From the sequence record PV764938.1: a stretch of 64,000 bases of DNA; one strand, given 5' to 3'. Positions 1-10,503 of this stretch are shown one piece after another; position 1 is the stretch's first letter, and each line of letters starts with the position of its first letter. The position numbers and the translations under genes are program-made. The notes below the pieces were generated by a model, which did no database searches, was not told the origin of the DNA, and worked only from the letters and a program-made list of their open reading frames with translations.

Positions 1-30
1 GGTTCCGGCGACCAAACCAAAGGCTAACTG

Positions 31-894
31 ATGACCCATTACGACACACTGGGCGTATCGAAGACCGCAGATGCGGATGAAATCAAGAAAGCTTTCCGTG
101 CGAAGGCCAAACAGTTTCACCCGGATTTGAACCCCGACGACGCCAGTGCTGCCGAAAAATTCCGTCAGGTTAACGAAGCCTACGACGTGCTAAAGGACGA
201 TGCAAAACGCGCCGAGTATGATCGAATGGGTTCTGGTCCGAAATTCCGTGATCACTTCAATCCGCGTAGCCATCACAATTGGGATGATGGGCTCCGTCGC
301 CAATACAGCAATGTCGATAGCGACCTATTTGAGGAACTGCTTCGTCGGACGGCACAACATCAAGCCCGCCAGAATCAGGTCAAGAACAAGGACACGATCC
401 TCAAGTATACGATGCAGCTCGAGGACATTTTCACGGGTAAGGAAGTTGAGCTTCGATACAGCACGAGTCGCGTCCCCAATAAGACCATAAAAGTCTCGGT
501 GCCAAAGAGTACCCGCGATGGTGCTAAAATACGATACGCCGGTATGGGCGATGACAGCAATCCAAATGCTGCACCAGGTGACCTCTACGTGGTCATCACA
601 ATTGCTCCGAATGCTCGCTTTGTCCGTAATGACGCTGACATCTCAACGAGTGTCACAATCGACTTCATCGATGCCATGCTGGGTGTGAACAAGCGCGTCC
701 CATGTATTGATGGCTCCGAGATCAACCTGCGTATTCATGCGGGTATGAACCCAGGCCAGAGCATCAAGGTTCCCGAGAAGGGTTTGTGGAACGAGTATGG
801 CCGTCGTGGCAATATGATGGTCGAAGTGGTGCTTCAACAGCCCAAGCTAAACAACGCCCAATACGAGCTGTTGGCAAAACTCAAAGACCTGTAA
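31..894 (+). CDS. dnaJ: DnaJ-family co-chaperone (J domain + C-terminal domain, no zinc finger; CbpA/type II-like)
   Basis: N-terminal THYDTLGV...FHPDLN (HPD motif)...F..VNEAYDVLKD; C-terminal GDLYVVI and LRIHAG motifs. Confidence 0.9.
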   Translation: MTHYDTLGVSKTADADEIKKAFRAKAKQFHPDLNPDDASAAEKFRQVNEAYDVLKDDAKRAEYDRMGSGPKFRDHFNPRSHHNWDDGLRRQYSNVDSDLFEELLRRTAQHQARQNQVKNKDTILKYTMQLEDIFTGKEVELRYSTSRVPNKTIKVSVPKSTRDGAKIRYAGMGDDSNPNAAPGDLYVVITIAPNARFVRNDADISTSVTIDFIDAMLGVNKRVPCIDGSEINLRIHAGMNPGQSIKVPEKGLWNEYGRRGNMMVEVVLQQPKLNNAQYELLAKLKDL

Positions 895-936
895 AAAGGC
901 TTTGCAAAGCGATTCCTTTTTCTTTATGGTCCGGTT

Positions 937-1455
937 ATGAGCTGGACAAATCCTACATCACAACTTGAATTGGTCGCCGAAAAGGACTCTGTCCTTCGCG
1001 TAAAAAGTCTTCCTTGGGACTTTAATGCGGGCGCCGATGCAACTATATTGCCCACGGCAATGAAGCGCGCCATGGTTGCCCATAACGGTATGGGCCTGGC
1101 TGCAAACCAAGTGGGTATCCCATATCGCATGTTTGTTATGGGAGACTCCAAGGAAAAGTTTTGGACCTGCTATAATCCTGAAATCGTAGAGCGGCTTGGT
1201 GTGGTCGAAAAAGCCACAGAAGGTTGCCTCAGCTTTCCAAATCTATTGCTTGACATAGAGCGGAACTCTATTATACTGGTCAGGTACTCTACTTCGGACG
1301 GGCAACTGGTCGAAGAGGAACTGGCAGGCAAATGGGCAAGATGCTTTCAACATGAACTCGATCATATTGATGGCGTTTGTTTTGATCAGCGCGTATCGAA
1401 ACTAGCTCTCGGCATTGCCCAGCGGAAACGTGCAAAGGCACAAAAAAGGAAGTAA
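937..1455 (+). CDS. def: Peptide deformylase
   Basis: All three PDF motifs: GMGLAANQVG, EGCLS, QHELDH. Confidence 0.93.
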   Translation: MSWTNPTSQLELVAEKDSVLRVKSLPWDFNAGADATILPTAMKRAMVAHNGMGLAANQVGIPYRMFVMGDSKEKFWTCYNPEIVERLGVVEKATEGCLSFPNLLLDIERNSIILVRYSTSDGQLVEEELAGKWARCFQHELDHIDGVCFDQRVSKLALGIAQRKRAKAQKRK

Positions 1456-1456
1456 A

Positions 1457-3793
1457 ATGGCTGATAATTCCGGCAACAAATTCAACACGCAACGCGCCGA
1501 CGAGCTCGTAAAAGCCGCTGCAATGCTTGCGCTGGGCCGCAATAACGAGTACGTCACTGCTGACCACCTCGTGCTGGTCTGCATGGATGATGAATATCTC
1601 CGCGAAAAACTGACCATCCTCAAGGTCGACATCGACGGCTTCGCCCGCGACTTCAGGACTTTCTTCGAGACGACCTACCCCATCGGCACGGTGCAGAAGA
1701 AGCAGCGCGTTACGGAGACCTTCAACAAGGTCATTCATCGCTGCATGAGCAACATGGTCTTTTCGGGCCGGCGTGATGTTACGGCGGCGGACTTGATCCT
1801 CGCTGTTATGCAGGAACCCGACAGCTACTCCGCATATTACCTGAACCAGAACGGGCTCGATGTCAATGAGCTGAAGCAGGCTCTCGCAGACGACGCCGAC
1901 GACGACGTAATGTCGGATGATCCGAATGCGCCGGAAGATCAGCGCGGCGGTGGCGATCTCTCCAAGATGAGCCCCGAGAAGGCCAAGAAGATCCTGGCCA
2001 AGTATTGCGTCAATCTAAACGAAGAAGCGTTCAAGGGCAAAATCGACCCGCTCATCGGCCGCGAGTCGGAAGTTTACGCGGTCGTCAAGACGGTCTCGCG
2101 TCGCACCAAAAACAACATCATCCTGACGGGTGAACCTGGCGTCGGTAAGACGGCGGTGGTCGAAGGTCTCGCAAAGCTGATCGTTGACGGTAACGTGCCG
2201 GAAGTGATCCTGGGCTCCACCATTTACTCGCTCGACGTTCCCGGCCTCGTTGCTGGTGCAAAGTTCCGCGGCGATATGGAAGAGCGCGTGAAGCAGGTTC
2301 TGGTCGCGCTGACGAAGGTCGAAAAGCCGATCCTCTTCATCGACGAAATCCACATGATCATGGGCGCCGGCGCTGCTGGTAAGGGCGAAAGCATGGACAT
2401 TTCCAACATGCTGAAGCCGGCATTGGCCCGCGGACAACTGCGTTGCATTGGTTCGACCACACTCGACGAATATCGCAAGCACTTCGAAAAGGACAAGGCA
2501 CTCCAGCGTCGCTTCCAGAAGCACGATGTTGCTGAACCGTCCATCGAAGACGCAAAGCGCATCCTCAAGGGCGCAAAGGCGGCCTACGAAGAGTTCCACG
2601 GCCTCGTCTATGATGACGCTGCAATCGATACGGCAGTCGAGCTGACCGCTCGCTACGTTACGGACCGGTTCCTGCCGGATAAAGCGTTCGACGTTATCGA
2701 CGCTGCTGGTGCAACCCAGAAGATTGCAAACCCTGACGTTCGCGTTGCTGTGATCACTTCCGGCCTCATCGAGGACGAAGTTTCGATCATCGCGAAGATC
2801 CCGGCGAAGACCGTGAAGGAAAGCGATGCCGACAAGCTTGCACATCTGGAAACGGATCTGCGCGAAGTCGTATACGGCCAGGACGATGCACTGGTGACGG
2901 TCTCGGACGCGGTTATCCTGTCCCGTGCAGGTCTGCGCGAAGCCAACAAGCCGGCCGGTGCCTACTTGTTCAAGGGTCCAACTGGTGTCGGTAAGACGGA
3001 AGTTGCGAAGCAGCTTGCAAAGACCCTGGGCGTTCCGCTCCTGCGCTACGACATGTCCGAGTACATGGAGAAGCATTCGGTCTCCAAGCTGATCGGTGCA
3101 CCTCCCGGTTACGTTGGTTACGGCGATGGCCAGGCCGGCGCGGGCAAGCTGGTGACGGATATCGAAACCAACCCGCATTGTGTGCTCCTGCTCGATGAGC
3201 TTGAAAAGGCTCACCCTGACGTGTTCAACGTTCTGCTCCAGGTCATGGACAACGGTCGCCTTTCGAGCCAGTCCGGCAAGACGGTCTCCTTCGAAAACGT
3301 CATCGTGATCATGACCAGCAACGTCGGCGCACGCTTCAACAGCAAGGCAGCAATCGGCTTCGGTTCGTCCGACCGCAACGAAACGGATACGAAGATCCTC
3401 AAGGACACGTTTGCTCCTGAGTTCCTCAACCGCCTCGATGCAATTGTTGACTTCAACAAGCTCCGCCGCGACGATATCCGCAAGGTCGTTGACAAGTTCC
3501 TGGGCGTACTCGCCGGCCTCGCTGCTGACAAAAAGGTCACCATCGACGTCACCGACGACGCGAAGGAATGGCTCGGCGAGAAGGGCTACGACAAGGAAAT
3601 GGGTGCGCGTCCGCTCGGTCGTGTGATCAACGACAACTTGAAGAAGCCGCTCTCCAAGGCCATGCTGTTCGGAGAGCTGAAGAACGGTGGCCACGTAACG
3701 GTCGGCGTTGTCGATGACAAGCTCAAGCTGGTCTACGGCCCGGTGCAGGAGATTGCTCTCCCCGAAGTAGCTGAAGAGGCTGCTGAGGCCTAA
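1457..3793 (+). CDS. clpA: ATP-dependent Clp protease ATP-binding subunit ClpA
   Basis: Clp N-domain, two AAA+ modules ([15 protein letters not shown]; [20 protein letters not shown]), GARPLGR sensor; ATG 1457 directly follows the def stop. Confidence 0.9.
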   Translation: MADNSGNKFNTQRADELVKAAAMLALGRNNEYVTADHLVLVCMDDEYLREKLTILKVDIDGFARDFRTFFETTYPIGTVQKKQRVTETFNKVIHRCMSNMVFSGRRDVTAADLILAVMQEPDSYSAYYLNQNGLDVNELKQALADDADDDVMSDDPNAPEDQRGGGDLSKMSPEKAKKILAKYCVNLNEEAFKGKIDPLIGRESEVYAVVKTVSRRTKNNIILTGEPGVGKTAVVEGLAKLIVDGNVPEVILGSTIYSLDVPGLVAGAKFRGDMEERVKQVLVALTKVEKPILFIDEIHMIMGAGAAGKGESMDISNMLKPALARGQLRCIGSTTLDEYRKHFEKDKALQRRFQKHDVAEPSIEDAKRILKGAKAAYEEFHGLVYDDAAIDTAVELTARYVTDRFLPDKAFDVIDAAGATQKIANPDVRVAVITSGLIEDEVSIIAKIPAKTVKESDADKLAHLETDLREVVYGQDDALVTVSDAVILSRAGLREANKPAGAYLFKGPTGVGKTEVAKQLAKTLGVPLLRYDMSEYMEKHSVSKLIGAPPGYVGYGDGQAGAGKLVTDIETNPHCVLLLDELEKAHPDVFNVLLQVMDNGRLSSQSGKTVSFENVIVIMTSNVGARFNSKAAIGFGSSDRNETDTKILKDTFAPEFLNRLDAIVDFNKLRRDDIRKVVDKFLGVLAGLAADKKVTIDVTDDAKEWLGEKGYDKEMGARPLGRVINDNLKKPLSKAMLFGELKNGGHVTVGVVDDKLKLVYGPVQEIALPEVAEEAAEA

Positions 3794-3816
3794 GGGCCTC
3801 ACACTTTCCCAAAATA

Positions 3817-3855
3817 TTGATTCTCCCCTCTCGCTCTGTTATAGAGAGGGGAGAA
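3817..3855 (+). promoter_or_regulatory. Sigma70-like promoter embedded in a 12-bp inverted repeat
   Basis: TTGATT(3817)-17 nt-TATAGA(3840); arms TTCTCCCCTCTC (3821-3832) / GAGAGGGGAGAA (3844-3855). Confidence 0.5.
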
Positions 3856-3902
3856 ATACCGCAGGCGCTCAAAGATCGAACAAAAAACGGAGCCCTGCAA
3901 AA

Positions 3903-4256
3903 ATGGATAAATCACTCGCTACAAAGCTGATCGACAAGCGCCTAATAAACGAATCAACCGAAGTGGTTGCACGTTATAAAGGCTCTAGTATCAGCGGCGA
4001 CACCAGCGTTGTAGGTACTGATATCTTCAGCGTTGATCAGGTACTTGGAGCAGATCAAGAAGGTGTAATCTTCATCCGGGTAACCTCTACACGGGACGGG
4101 TCGAAAAGAATTATCTGTCACCGAGATATCATCGAAATCGATGGTATGGAACCAAATAGGTTCGCAAGCGTTTACAACATTAAGGCCGATGGTGGTGATG
4201 CCGCAGTGGGCAAGCGTCGTGGACGCAAGCCGAAAGACCGCAGCAAAGTCGCTTGA
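3903..4256 (+). CDS. Hypothetical protein (basic C-terminal [11 protein letters not shown]-hook-like)
   Basis: ORF with upstream GGAG, fits the operon. Confidence 0.6.
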   Translation: MDKSLATKLIDKRLINESTEVVARYKGSSISGDTSVVGTDIFSVDQVLGADQEGVIFIRVTSTRDGSKRIICHRDIIEIDGMEPNRFASVYNIKADGGDAAVGKRRGRKPKDRSKVA

Positions 4257-4296
4257 GCATAAATCGTACGAGAGCAACTCGTATAGGGAATATCAC

Positions 4297-5139
4297 ATGC
4301 AACAATATTTGGACCTTCTAAAACATGTGCTGGAGAACGGCACCGATCGTAGCGATCGCACCGGGACTGGTACCCGCAGCGTATTTGGATATCAGATGCG
4401 TTACGATCTTTCAGAGGGTTTTCCGGTACTGACGACCAAGAAACTGCACCTGCGCTCGATCATTCACGAACTCCTGTGGTTTCTCCAGGGCTCCGGTAAC
4501 ATTCAGTACCTGAAGGACAATGGTGTTACCATCTGGGACGAATGGGCAGACGAGTTCGGTGACCTTGGTCCCGTTTACGGTGTGCAATGGCGTAGCTGGC
4601 CAACATTCAAGGCGATTCGTGAGGAGAACGAACTCGGCTTCGGTGAATATCGGTATGAAACCGGAACTATTGATCAGATCGCAAAGCTCATCGAAGGCTT
4701 GAAGAAGAATCCGGATTCACGTCGACACATTGTTAGCGCGTGGAACCCCGCGCTGGTCGATGAAATGGCACTTCCACCGTGCCACACTATGTTCCAGTTC
4801 TACGTCGCAAATGGCAAGCTGAGCTGCCAACTGTATCAACGTTCCGCTGACATCTTCCTGGGTGTTCCCTTCAACATTGCGTCTTACGCTCTGTTCACGC
4901 ACATGGTCGCACAGGTCGTTGGGCTTGAGGTAGGTGACTTTGTTCACACGCTGGGCGATGCCCACATTTACCACAACCACTTCGAGCAGGCAAAGCTCCA
5001 GCTGACGCGTACTCCGAAGAAGCTCCCGACGATGGAAATCAACCCAGAGGTCAAGGACATTTTCGGATTCAAGTTCGAAGACTTCAAGCTGGTTGGCTAC
5101 GAAGCTGACCCATCAATCAAGGCACCGATTGCAGTATGA
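4297..5139 (+). CDS. thyA: Thymidylate synthase
   Basis: [41 protein letters not shown]; ATG 4297 begins MQQYLDLL. Confidence 0.97.
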   Translation: MQQYLDLLKHVLENGTDRSDRTGTGTRSVFGYQMRYDLSEGFPVLTTKKLHLRSIIHELLWFLQGSGNIQYLKDNGVTIWDEWADEFGDLGPVYGVQWRSWPTFKAIREENELGFGEYRYETGTIDQIAKLIEGLKKNPDSRRHIVSAWNPALVDEMALPPCHTMFQFYVANGKLSCQLYQRSADIFLGVPFNIASYALFTHMVAQVVGLEVGDFVHTLGDAHIYHNHFEQAKLQLTRTPKKLPTMEINPEVKDIFGFKFEDFKLVGYEADPSIKAPIAV

Positions 5140-5660
5140 GCAAGGACACCGTCAAAGTCAGCATCATCGTTGCATTCAGCAATGAAATGACCATCGGCCG
5201 CGATGGTGGAATGCCCTGGGTTCTACGTGAGGACTTGAAGCGATTCAAGTCCATCACAATGGACAAGCCGGTGATCATGGGTCGCAAGACGTTCGAGTCC
5301 CTCGGGCGTCCTTTACCGGGCCGTACAAACATCGTCGTGACCAAACAGCACGCGGCAACATTCCCCGAAGGTGTGCTTGTCTGTGATACGCTTGAGGCTG
5401 CCATTGACGCAGGTAAACAAATTGCCTACGACAAGGGTCTTGGTGAAATCTGCATCATCGGTGGTGGACAGATTTACGAACAGGCAATCGGTCTCGCCGA
5501 TTACATTTACGCGACCCACATCATCGCAAACATCGACGGCGATACCAAGTTTCCGACGATTCCCCTGGACCAGTATGAGGTATTCGTTTCCACACCTGGC
5601 CCAATGCCCGACGAGTTCAACACGCACCCGACCGTTTATGTGAGCTATCATCGGAAATAA
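5136..5660 (+). CDS. folA: Dihydrofolate reductase
   Basis: [48 protein letters not shown]; ATGA overlap with thyA. Confidence 0.93.
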   Translation: MSKDTVKVSIIVAFSNEMTIGRDGGMPWVLREDLKRFKSITMDKPVIMGRKTFESLGRPLPGRTNIVVTKQHAATFPEGVLVCDTLEAAIDAGKQIAYDKGLGEICIIGGGQIYEQAIGLADYIYATHIIANIDGDTKFPTIPLDQYEVFVSTPGPMPDEFNTHPTVYVSYHRK

Positions 5661-5694
5661 ATACTCTGTTAATTCCCGCCAAGGAGTACAGAGT

Positions 5695-5880
5695 ATGGCA
5701 CACATTGTTACGGATCAATTGGTTGTAGAGTTCAGCAAGCTGTTCAAGAACGGAGATGCACGAGAGCATATCCTTTCGGATGACCAAGTAGAAACACTCG
5801 CAGCGGTCATTGAGGCAACGATCGGTGAGCTACTTGCAGACCCTTCCATGGTTGTTGAAATCGTCCGTTCTGAGAAGTGA
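5695..5880 (+). CDS. Small acidic hypothetical protein
   Basis: AAGGAG RBS; TAAATA motif upstream (about 5658). Confidence 0.6.
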   Translation: MAHIVTDQLVVEFSKLFKNGDAREHILSDDQVETLAAVIEATIGELLADPSMVVEIVRSEK

Positions 5881-5901
5881 TCTCCTCCAAATCCACTTCT
5901 C

Positions 5902-5940
5902 AAAATCTCCTTTCCTGGTAAATACAGGAAAGGAGATTTT
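5902..5940 (+). promoter_or_regulatory. 16-bp hairpin sequestering an RBS, with the late-promoter-like TAAATA in the loop
   Basis: AAAATCTCCTTTCCTG-GTAAATA-CAGGAAAGGAGATTTT; AGGAG (5931-5935) in the 3' arm, ATG at 5946. Confidence 0.7.
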
Positions 5941-5945
5941 TAACC

Positions 5946-6353
5946 ATGAGCACTTCCGTCATACTCCTCCCAAACACTGGCGATAAACTAAACGCTGTAG
6001 GCGATCCTGTCCATGCCGATGGTTGGTATGGATTCTCTGACGGCCTGCACACGGTTTCAATCCACACGGCCAACTTTACCGGACGAGTTAGAATTCAAGC
6101 GAGTCTCGCTCTGGAACCCCAAGAGGACGATTGGTTTGACATTTGGTTGACCGAGGGCACCCCTTACCTTCAGTTCCCAATCAACCCATCATATCCGACT
6201 GGCCACCTCGAGGGCGATACTAGCAATGTTGCGATGACATTCAAGGCGAACGTGCTTTGGATACGAGCAACAATGGACCGCAGTTATCTATTTGTGGGCG
6301 AACCCTACGATGGTTCCTACGGTGTAATCAACAAAATCGTATTGAGTATCTAA
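5946..6353 (+). CDS. Hypothetical protein, probably virion-associated (beta-rich)
   Basis: Strong RBS; first gene of the putative late structural block. Confidence 0.6.
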   Translation: MSTSVILLPNTGDKLNAVGDPVHADGWYGFSDGLHTVSIHTANFTGRVRIQASLALEPQEDDWFDIWLTEGTPYLQFPINPSYPTGHLEGDTSNVAMTFKANVLWIRATMDRSYLFVGEPYDGSYGVINKIVLSI

Positions 6354-6354
6354 G

Positions 6355-6495
6355 ATGGCCATCAAAGCAACACCGATCAGCGTAAAGCTGCCAATATTCA
6401 CTATTGATCCAGAGAACCCAGAACAGTGCCCGGCGCCACAACCCTATGTGTACCGTAACCGAGCGCGTGAGTTCTTCATGCGACGAATCAAGTAA
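6355..6495 (+). CDS. Small hypothetical protein (46 aa, MAIKATPISVKLP...)
   Basis: Exactly fills the gap between flanking genes; below the ORF-track cutoff, translated by hand. Confidence 0.45.
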   Translation: MAIKATPISVKLPIFTIDPENPEQCPAPQPYVYRNRAREFFMRRIK

Positions 6496-6506
6496 GGAGA
6501 ACCCCT

Positions 6507-6845
6507 ATGAGCGCAAAACGTTTCGGCGCAGTCTATTTCAGCGACACCACAATGGATACATTCCAGACCGTAATGACGGGTCAGACCGGAATGGATCGTA
6601 CCGCAGTAATCAGCTTCTGCAATCAGTCCAATGGTCCCGGTGTAATCTCTTTGGCCTATACAGTGGATTCTACTCTGACTATTCCGGCTCAGGCCGATTA
6701 CATCGTATTCTTCCGTCCAATTGCTCCCTACGAGACCATCGATATTCCAGCGATTGCTGTTGAAGAAGAAGGTCGAATCATTGTTCACACCAATATTGCT
6801 GGTGTTTCCGTAGTGGCTCATGGCTACCAGGACGCTTCGGTATAA
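6507..6845 (+). CDS. Hypothetical protein, probably virion-associated
   Basis: AAGGAG RBS; beta-rich composition. Confidence 0.6.
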   Translation: MSAKRFGAVYFSDTTMDTFQTVMTGQTGMDRTAVISFCNQSNGPGVISLAYTVDSTLTIPAQADYIVFFRPIAPYETIDIPAIAVEEEGRIIVHTNIAGVSVVAHGYQDASV

Positions 6846-6991
6846 TATCAGTAGTTTATAGAATTCTTTTTCCTCTATAGTCAAAACTGCTTTGTTAGAT
6901 ATTGGCTGCCTCCAAATAAATAACGGTGTGTAAGAATCAGCCCCAGTACCTCTGGGGCTGACGGCATATCTCAGTATATTGGAGGATATAG

Positions 6992-9364
6992 ATGGCTAGT
7001 AATACATCGCGTCCAGAAGGCTTGCGTAAGATCGGTTCGACTGTCGAAGACAGTGTAAACCGTGTAAGCATCGTGGACTATTTTAACATTGATCGTGGCG
7101 TTGCTACGTTCCGTGGTATCGAAGGCGGCAGCGGCATTACAGTCTCTCTCGTAGATGCTGACGGTTCCCCTAACACAAATGGTAAGGTACTCCGTATCAC
7201 TGGCTCAGGCAGTGGCGGTTCTGGCACACCTGGTGCAGTTTGGTTTGCAGAGGCTGGTGCTCCTGCTGGCGCTCTCGGCGCTGACGGTGACATGTACCTG
7301 AACACAACAAATTCCGATTATTTCCAGAAGACTGCTGGTGCTTGGGCTCCTAAGGGCAATCTTCAGGGCATTCAGGGCCCAGCTGGCGCAGCCGGCGCTC
7401 AAGGCCCACAAGGTATCCAGGGACCTGCAGGTCCTGCTGGTGCAGACGGCGCACAAGGCATTCAAGGTCCAGTAGGTCCTGCCGGTGCCGACGGTCAGGA
7501 TGGCGCACAGGGTATTCAAGGTATCCAGGGACCTGCCGGTAACGATGGTGCACCTGGTGCTGCTGGAGCTCAAGGCCCACAGGGCATTCAGGGTCCTCAG
7601 GGCGAAATCGGTCCTCAGGGACCAGTTGGGCCAACTGGTCCGAAGGGCGACACTGGCGACCAAGGCATCCAAGGTCCTGCTGGTATCCAGGGCCCTCAGG
7701 GTATCCAAGGCCCACAGGGTGATCAGGGTGTACCTGGTGCCGATGGTCAGGGCATTCAGATCAAGGGCGCATTGGCTGCTGAAGGCGATCTTCCAGGTTC
7801 CGGTAATGCTGCTGGTGACGCATACGTAATCGGCGGTGATCTCTGGGTTTGGGATGGCGCTGCATGGATTAACGCTGGTCCATTCACAGGTCCAGAAGGT
7901 CCACAGGGTATTCAGGGTATTCAAGGCCCTGCAGGCGCTGAAGGTCCACAAGGCATTGCCGGTCCTCAGGGTCCTGCTGGTGCAGATGGTGCAACAGGTC
8001 CAGTCGGTCCTGCTGGCCCACAAGGCATTCAGGGCGTTCAAGGTCCAGTCGGTCCTGCTGGTGCAGATGGCGTCGATGGCGTTGATGGAGCACAGGGTCC
8101 AAAGGGTGACCAAGGCGACCAAGGTATCCAGGGTATTCAGGGCATTCAGGGTCCTGCGGGTAACGACGGTGCTGATGGCGCAGACGGCGTTGATGGTGCA
8201 GGTGTTCCTGTTGGCGGTTCTGCTGGTCAGATCCTCGCTAAGATCGACGGCACAGACTTCAACACAGAGTGGATTGATGCTCCTTCGGGTGGCGGTGCTT
8301 CCGTTACTGTAACAGACACAGCAAGCGTTGATTTGACACTTTCGGGTGCTAACTTGACGGCTGCTGTTAAGCGTTCGGCTACAGCGGGTAACGCTCTCAC
8401 AGAAAACGCTGATGGTCTCTACGTTGCTACTCCAGCTGCTGGTTTGACTTCGGTTAACTCCACAGATTCCACAACAATCGACTTCACAGGTAACGGTACT
8501 TCTGGTAGCGCCCTGGTAGCGGCTGTTAAGGTTTCGGCAACTGCTGGCAACCAGATCACAACAAACGGCGATGGTCTGTTCGTTGCTGCATCTGCAGGTG
8601 GTACTGTTACAACTTCGGATTCCACAAGCATTGACTTCTCCGGTACAGGTGCTGCTGGTACTCCGCTCACAGGTTCGGTCATTGTTTCGCCAACAGCTGG
8701 TAACACTCTGTCGGCAACTGGTAACGGCCTGTACGTTCCAACAGTCACAACTAGCACAACTGACACCGCAACAATCGACTTCTCGGGTGCTGGTACTTCC
8801 GGTTCTCCGTTGACAGCTGATGTGAAGCGTTCTGCTAACGCAAACAACCGTATCACAGCTCAGACTGATGGTCTGCACGTTGCTCCAGTTGCAGTTCAGC
8901 AGGCTGGTTCCGCGGTTACAGCTAACCCGTCCGCAGTTAACTTCACAGGTGCTGGCGTTACAGTAACTGACGTTGCCGGTGTTGCAACTGTTAACATTCC
9001 AGGTGGTGGCGCTGGTGGTGGTTCCGGTAACACAACCCTGTATTCGATCAAGGTTGTTTACGGTGGTACTTCTGGTGCTATTTCGGCTATCACTGATCTT
9101 CCTGCTGGTTGGACAGCTTCCTTCGCAACTTCGACTGTTACGGTTACCCACAACTTGGGTAAGGTTGCAGTTCATAGCTTTGCATTGGGCTGGCAGTCGG
9201 CAACAAGCACATATCTGAACAAGCCACTTGGTGCAAGTGCTACTCTGGGTCAGATGAGCCAAGCTTCTCCGTTCAACGTTATTGTCAGCCAGTTGGCTGC
9301 TGGAACAACGGGCGGTGATACTACAGGTAACGGTCACGCACTGGTTTACTTCATGTTCGCATAA
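6992..9364 (+). CDS. Collagen-like tail/head fibre protein
   Basis: Two long Gly-X-Y tracts, [15 protein letters not shown] spacer, four ~50-aa TDSTxIDFxGxG...V..SAxAGN...DGLxV repeats; GGAGG RBS. Confidence 0.85.
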   Translation: MASNTSRPEGLRKIGSTVEDSVNRVSIVDYFNIDRGVATFRGIEGGSGITVSLVDADGSPNTNGKVLRITGSGSGGSGTPGAVWFAEAGAPAGALGADGDMYLNTTNSDYFQKTAGAWAPKGNLQGIQGPAGAAGAQGPQGIQGPAGPAGADGAQGIQGPVGPAGADGQDGAQGIQGIQGPAGNDGAPGAAGAQGPQGIQGPQGEIGPQGPVGPTGPKGDTGDQGIQGPAGIQGPQGIQGPQGDQGVPGADGQGIQIKGALAAEGDLPGSGNAAGDAYVIGGDLWVWDGAAWINAGPFTGPEGPQGIQGIQGPAGAEGPQGIAGPQGPAGADGATGPVGPAGPQGIQGVQGPVGPAGADGVDGVDGAQGPKGDQGDQGIQGIQGIQGPAGNDGADGADGVDGAGVPVGGSAGQILAKIDGTDFNTEWIDAPSGGGASVTVTDTASVDLTLSGANLTAAVKRSATAGNALTENADGLYVATPAAGLTSVNSTDSTTIDFTGNGTSGSALVAAVKVSATAGNQITTNGDGLFVAASAGGTVTTSDSTSIDFSGTGAAGTPLTGSVIVSPTAGNTLSATGNGLYVPTVTTSTTDTATIDFSGAGTSGSPLTADVKRSANANNRITAQTDGLHVAPVAVQQAGSAVTANPSAVNFTGAGVTVTDVAGVATVNIPGGGAGGGSGNTTLYSIKVVYGGTSGAISAITDLPAGWTASFATSTVTVTHNLGKVAVHSFALGWQSATSTYLNKPLGASATLGQMSQASPFNVIVSQLAAGTTGGDTTGNGHALVYFMFA
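7358..8205 (+). repeat. Gly-X-Y (collagen) coding repeats in two blocks (~7358-7750 and ~7888-8205)
   Basis: Recurrent GGTATTCAG/GGCATTCAG/GGTCCTGCT/GGCCCACAA units encoding GIQ, GPA, GPQ. Confidence 0.9.
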
Positions 9365-9370
9365 TCAACG

Positions 9371-9396
9371 TTTGGGGAGGATTTTTCCTCCCCAAA
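9371..9396 (+). terminator. Intergenic hairpin (terminator or processing site)
   Basis: TTTGGGGAGGA-TTTT-TCCTCCCCAAA after the fibre gene. Confidence 0.5.
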
Positions 9397-9415
9397 TTCA
9401 CTTTAGGAGTTGACG

Positions 9416-10477
9416 ATGACGCAATTTAATCCACCAAAATTCATTACCGGATATATCACGAACATCCAAGACTTCGAAGCTTGGACTGAATCGGCTCCTA
9501 AACTTTGGGAAGGAATGGCATTTCGATGGACTATCGATATGACAGTATCACCACAAGCTCATGGTTCGGATGCAACAGCAACACCATTCCAATACGATGG
9601 TTTTGATATCAAGGTTGGTGACTGGGTTCATGACACTATCGGTAACACTTTTAAAGTGTATCGAATTGAACTAGCTGGTACCTATAATGCGACTGTTATT
9701 CTTGAAGACGTAGATCAATACAACACATACCGAGATCCATATATTTCGGGTTATGGTGGTCCGCAAATTGGTTCTTGTGGTATCTTCTCGTTGAGTGCTG
9801 AAGGCACTCCGATTCTTGAAGGTTTCCCATCAAATACATTTGCCGATAACATCACATCCAACATTGTTGGCCGTTTCAACAACCGAAACACTAAGACAGA
9901 GTTTGTCCAAGTTGAACAAACCAATCATGGTTTTGAAGTTGGTGATTTTATTTGCGTTGATGTCGACAATGAAGGTCGCTTCGAACTTGTCCCTGTAACA
10001 TCCGCAAATCTCGCAATTGGTGTGGTTTCACAAGTTTTCGGTCCAACAATGGGCCACTTCAATTATCGTCCACTTGGTAAGCTAATGGATGATATTCAGC
10101 CGGCTCTTGTCGGTAATTATGGTGACGTTTTCTACTTGGATCCGCAGAATCCAGGCAAACTAACAAACGTTCGACCAACTAGAAATGCAAAACCAGTATA
10201 TATTAGACTGGACTCCGAAACTCGTGGTTTCCTCCTTAACGTGAGTGTTGACGAAGATACTATCACAGTTTCCTACGCTATTGAGGAAGTCACCCTTGAT
10301 CAGGTTACTTTCACACTTCCAGTTAATGCCGCGGTTGTTCAAACAATGAGCATCAACGGTATCGAAAATAAGAACTTCACTTTCGATAACACAACGAAAG
10401 TGGTCACGTTCGACCCCGAAGCCACAGGCTACGGGGTTGAGGAAACGGACGAAGTAATCTTTGTCTATAACACTTAA
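9416..10477 (+). CDS. Putative virion structural protein
   Basis: AGGAG RBS; C-terminal GYGVEETDEVIFVY motif shared with the next gene. Confidence 0.6.
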   Translation: MTQFNPPKFITGYITNIQDFEAWTESAPKLWEGMAFRWTIDMTVSPQAHGSDATATPFQYDGFDIKVGDWVHDTIGNTFKVYRIELAGTYNATVILEDVDQYNTYRDPYISGYGGPQIGSCGIFSLSAEGTPILEGFPSNTFADNITSNIVGRFNNRNTKTEFVQVEQTNHGFEVGDFICVDVDNEGRFELVPVTSANLAIGVVSQVFGPTMGHFNYRPLGKLMDDIQPALVGNYGDVFYLDPQNPGKLTNVRPTRNAKPVYIRLDSETRGFLLNVSVDEDTITVSYAIEEVTLDQVTFTLPVNAAVVQTMSINGIENKNFTFDNTTKVVTFDPEATGYGVEETDEVIFVYNT

Positions 10478-10503
10478 TCAGTAATTTTTGGAGTTACTAA
10501 AAT

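Noticed and set aside
2015-3802. 595-aa minus-strand ORF (likewise 7205-9337, 16774-17775, 24980-26044, 39239-41854, 54012-55463)
   Set aside because: Antisense shadows of well-supported plus-strand genes, caused by biased third codon positions; no motifs or RBS.
7358-8205. CRISPR-like or DNA-level repeat array
   Set aside because: The repeats are 9-nt-phase, synonymously variable Gly-X-Y codons within a CDS, with no spacer architecture. No CRISPR array was seen anywhere in the window.
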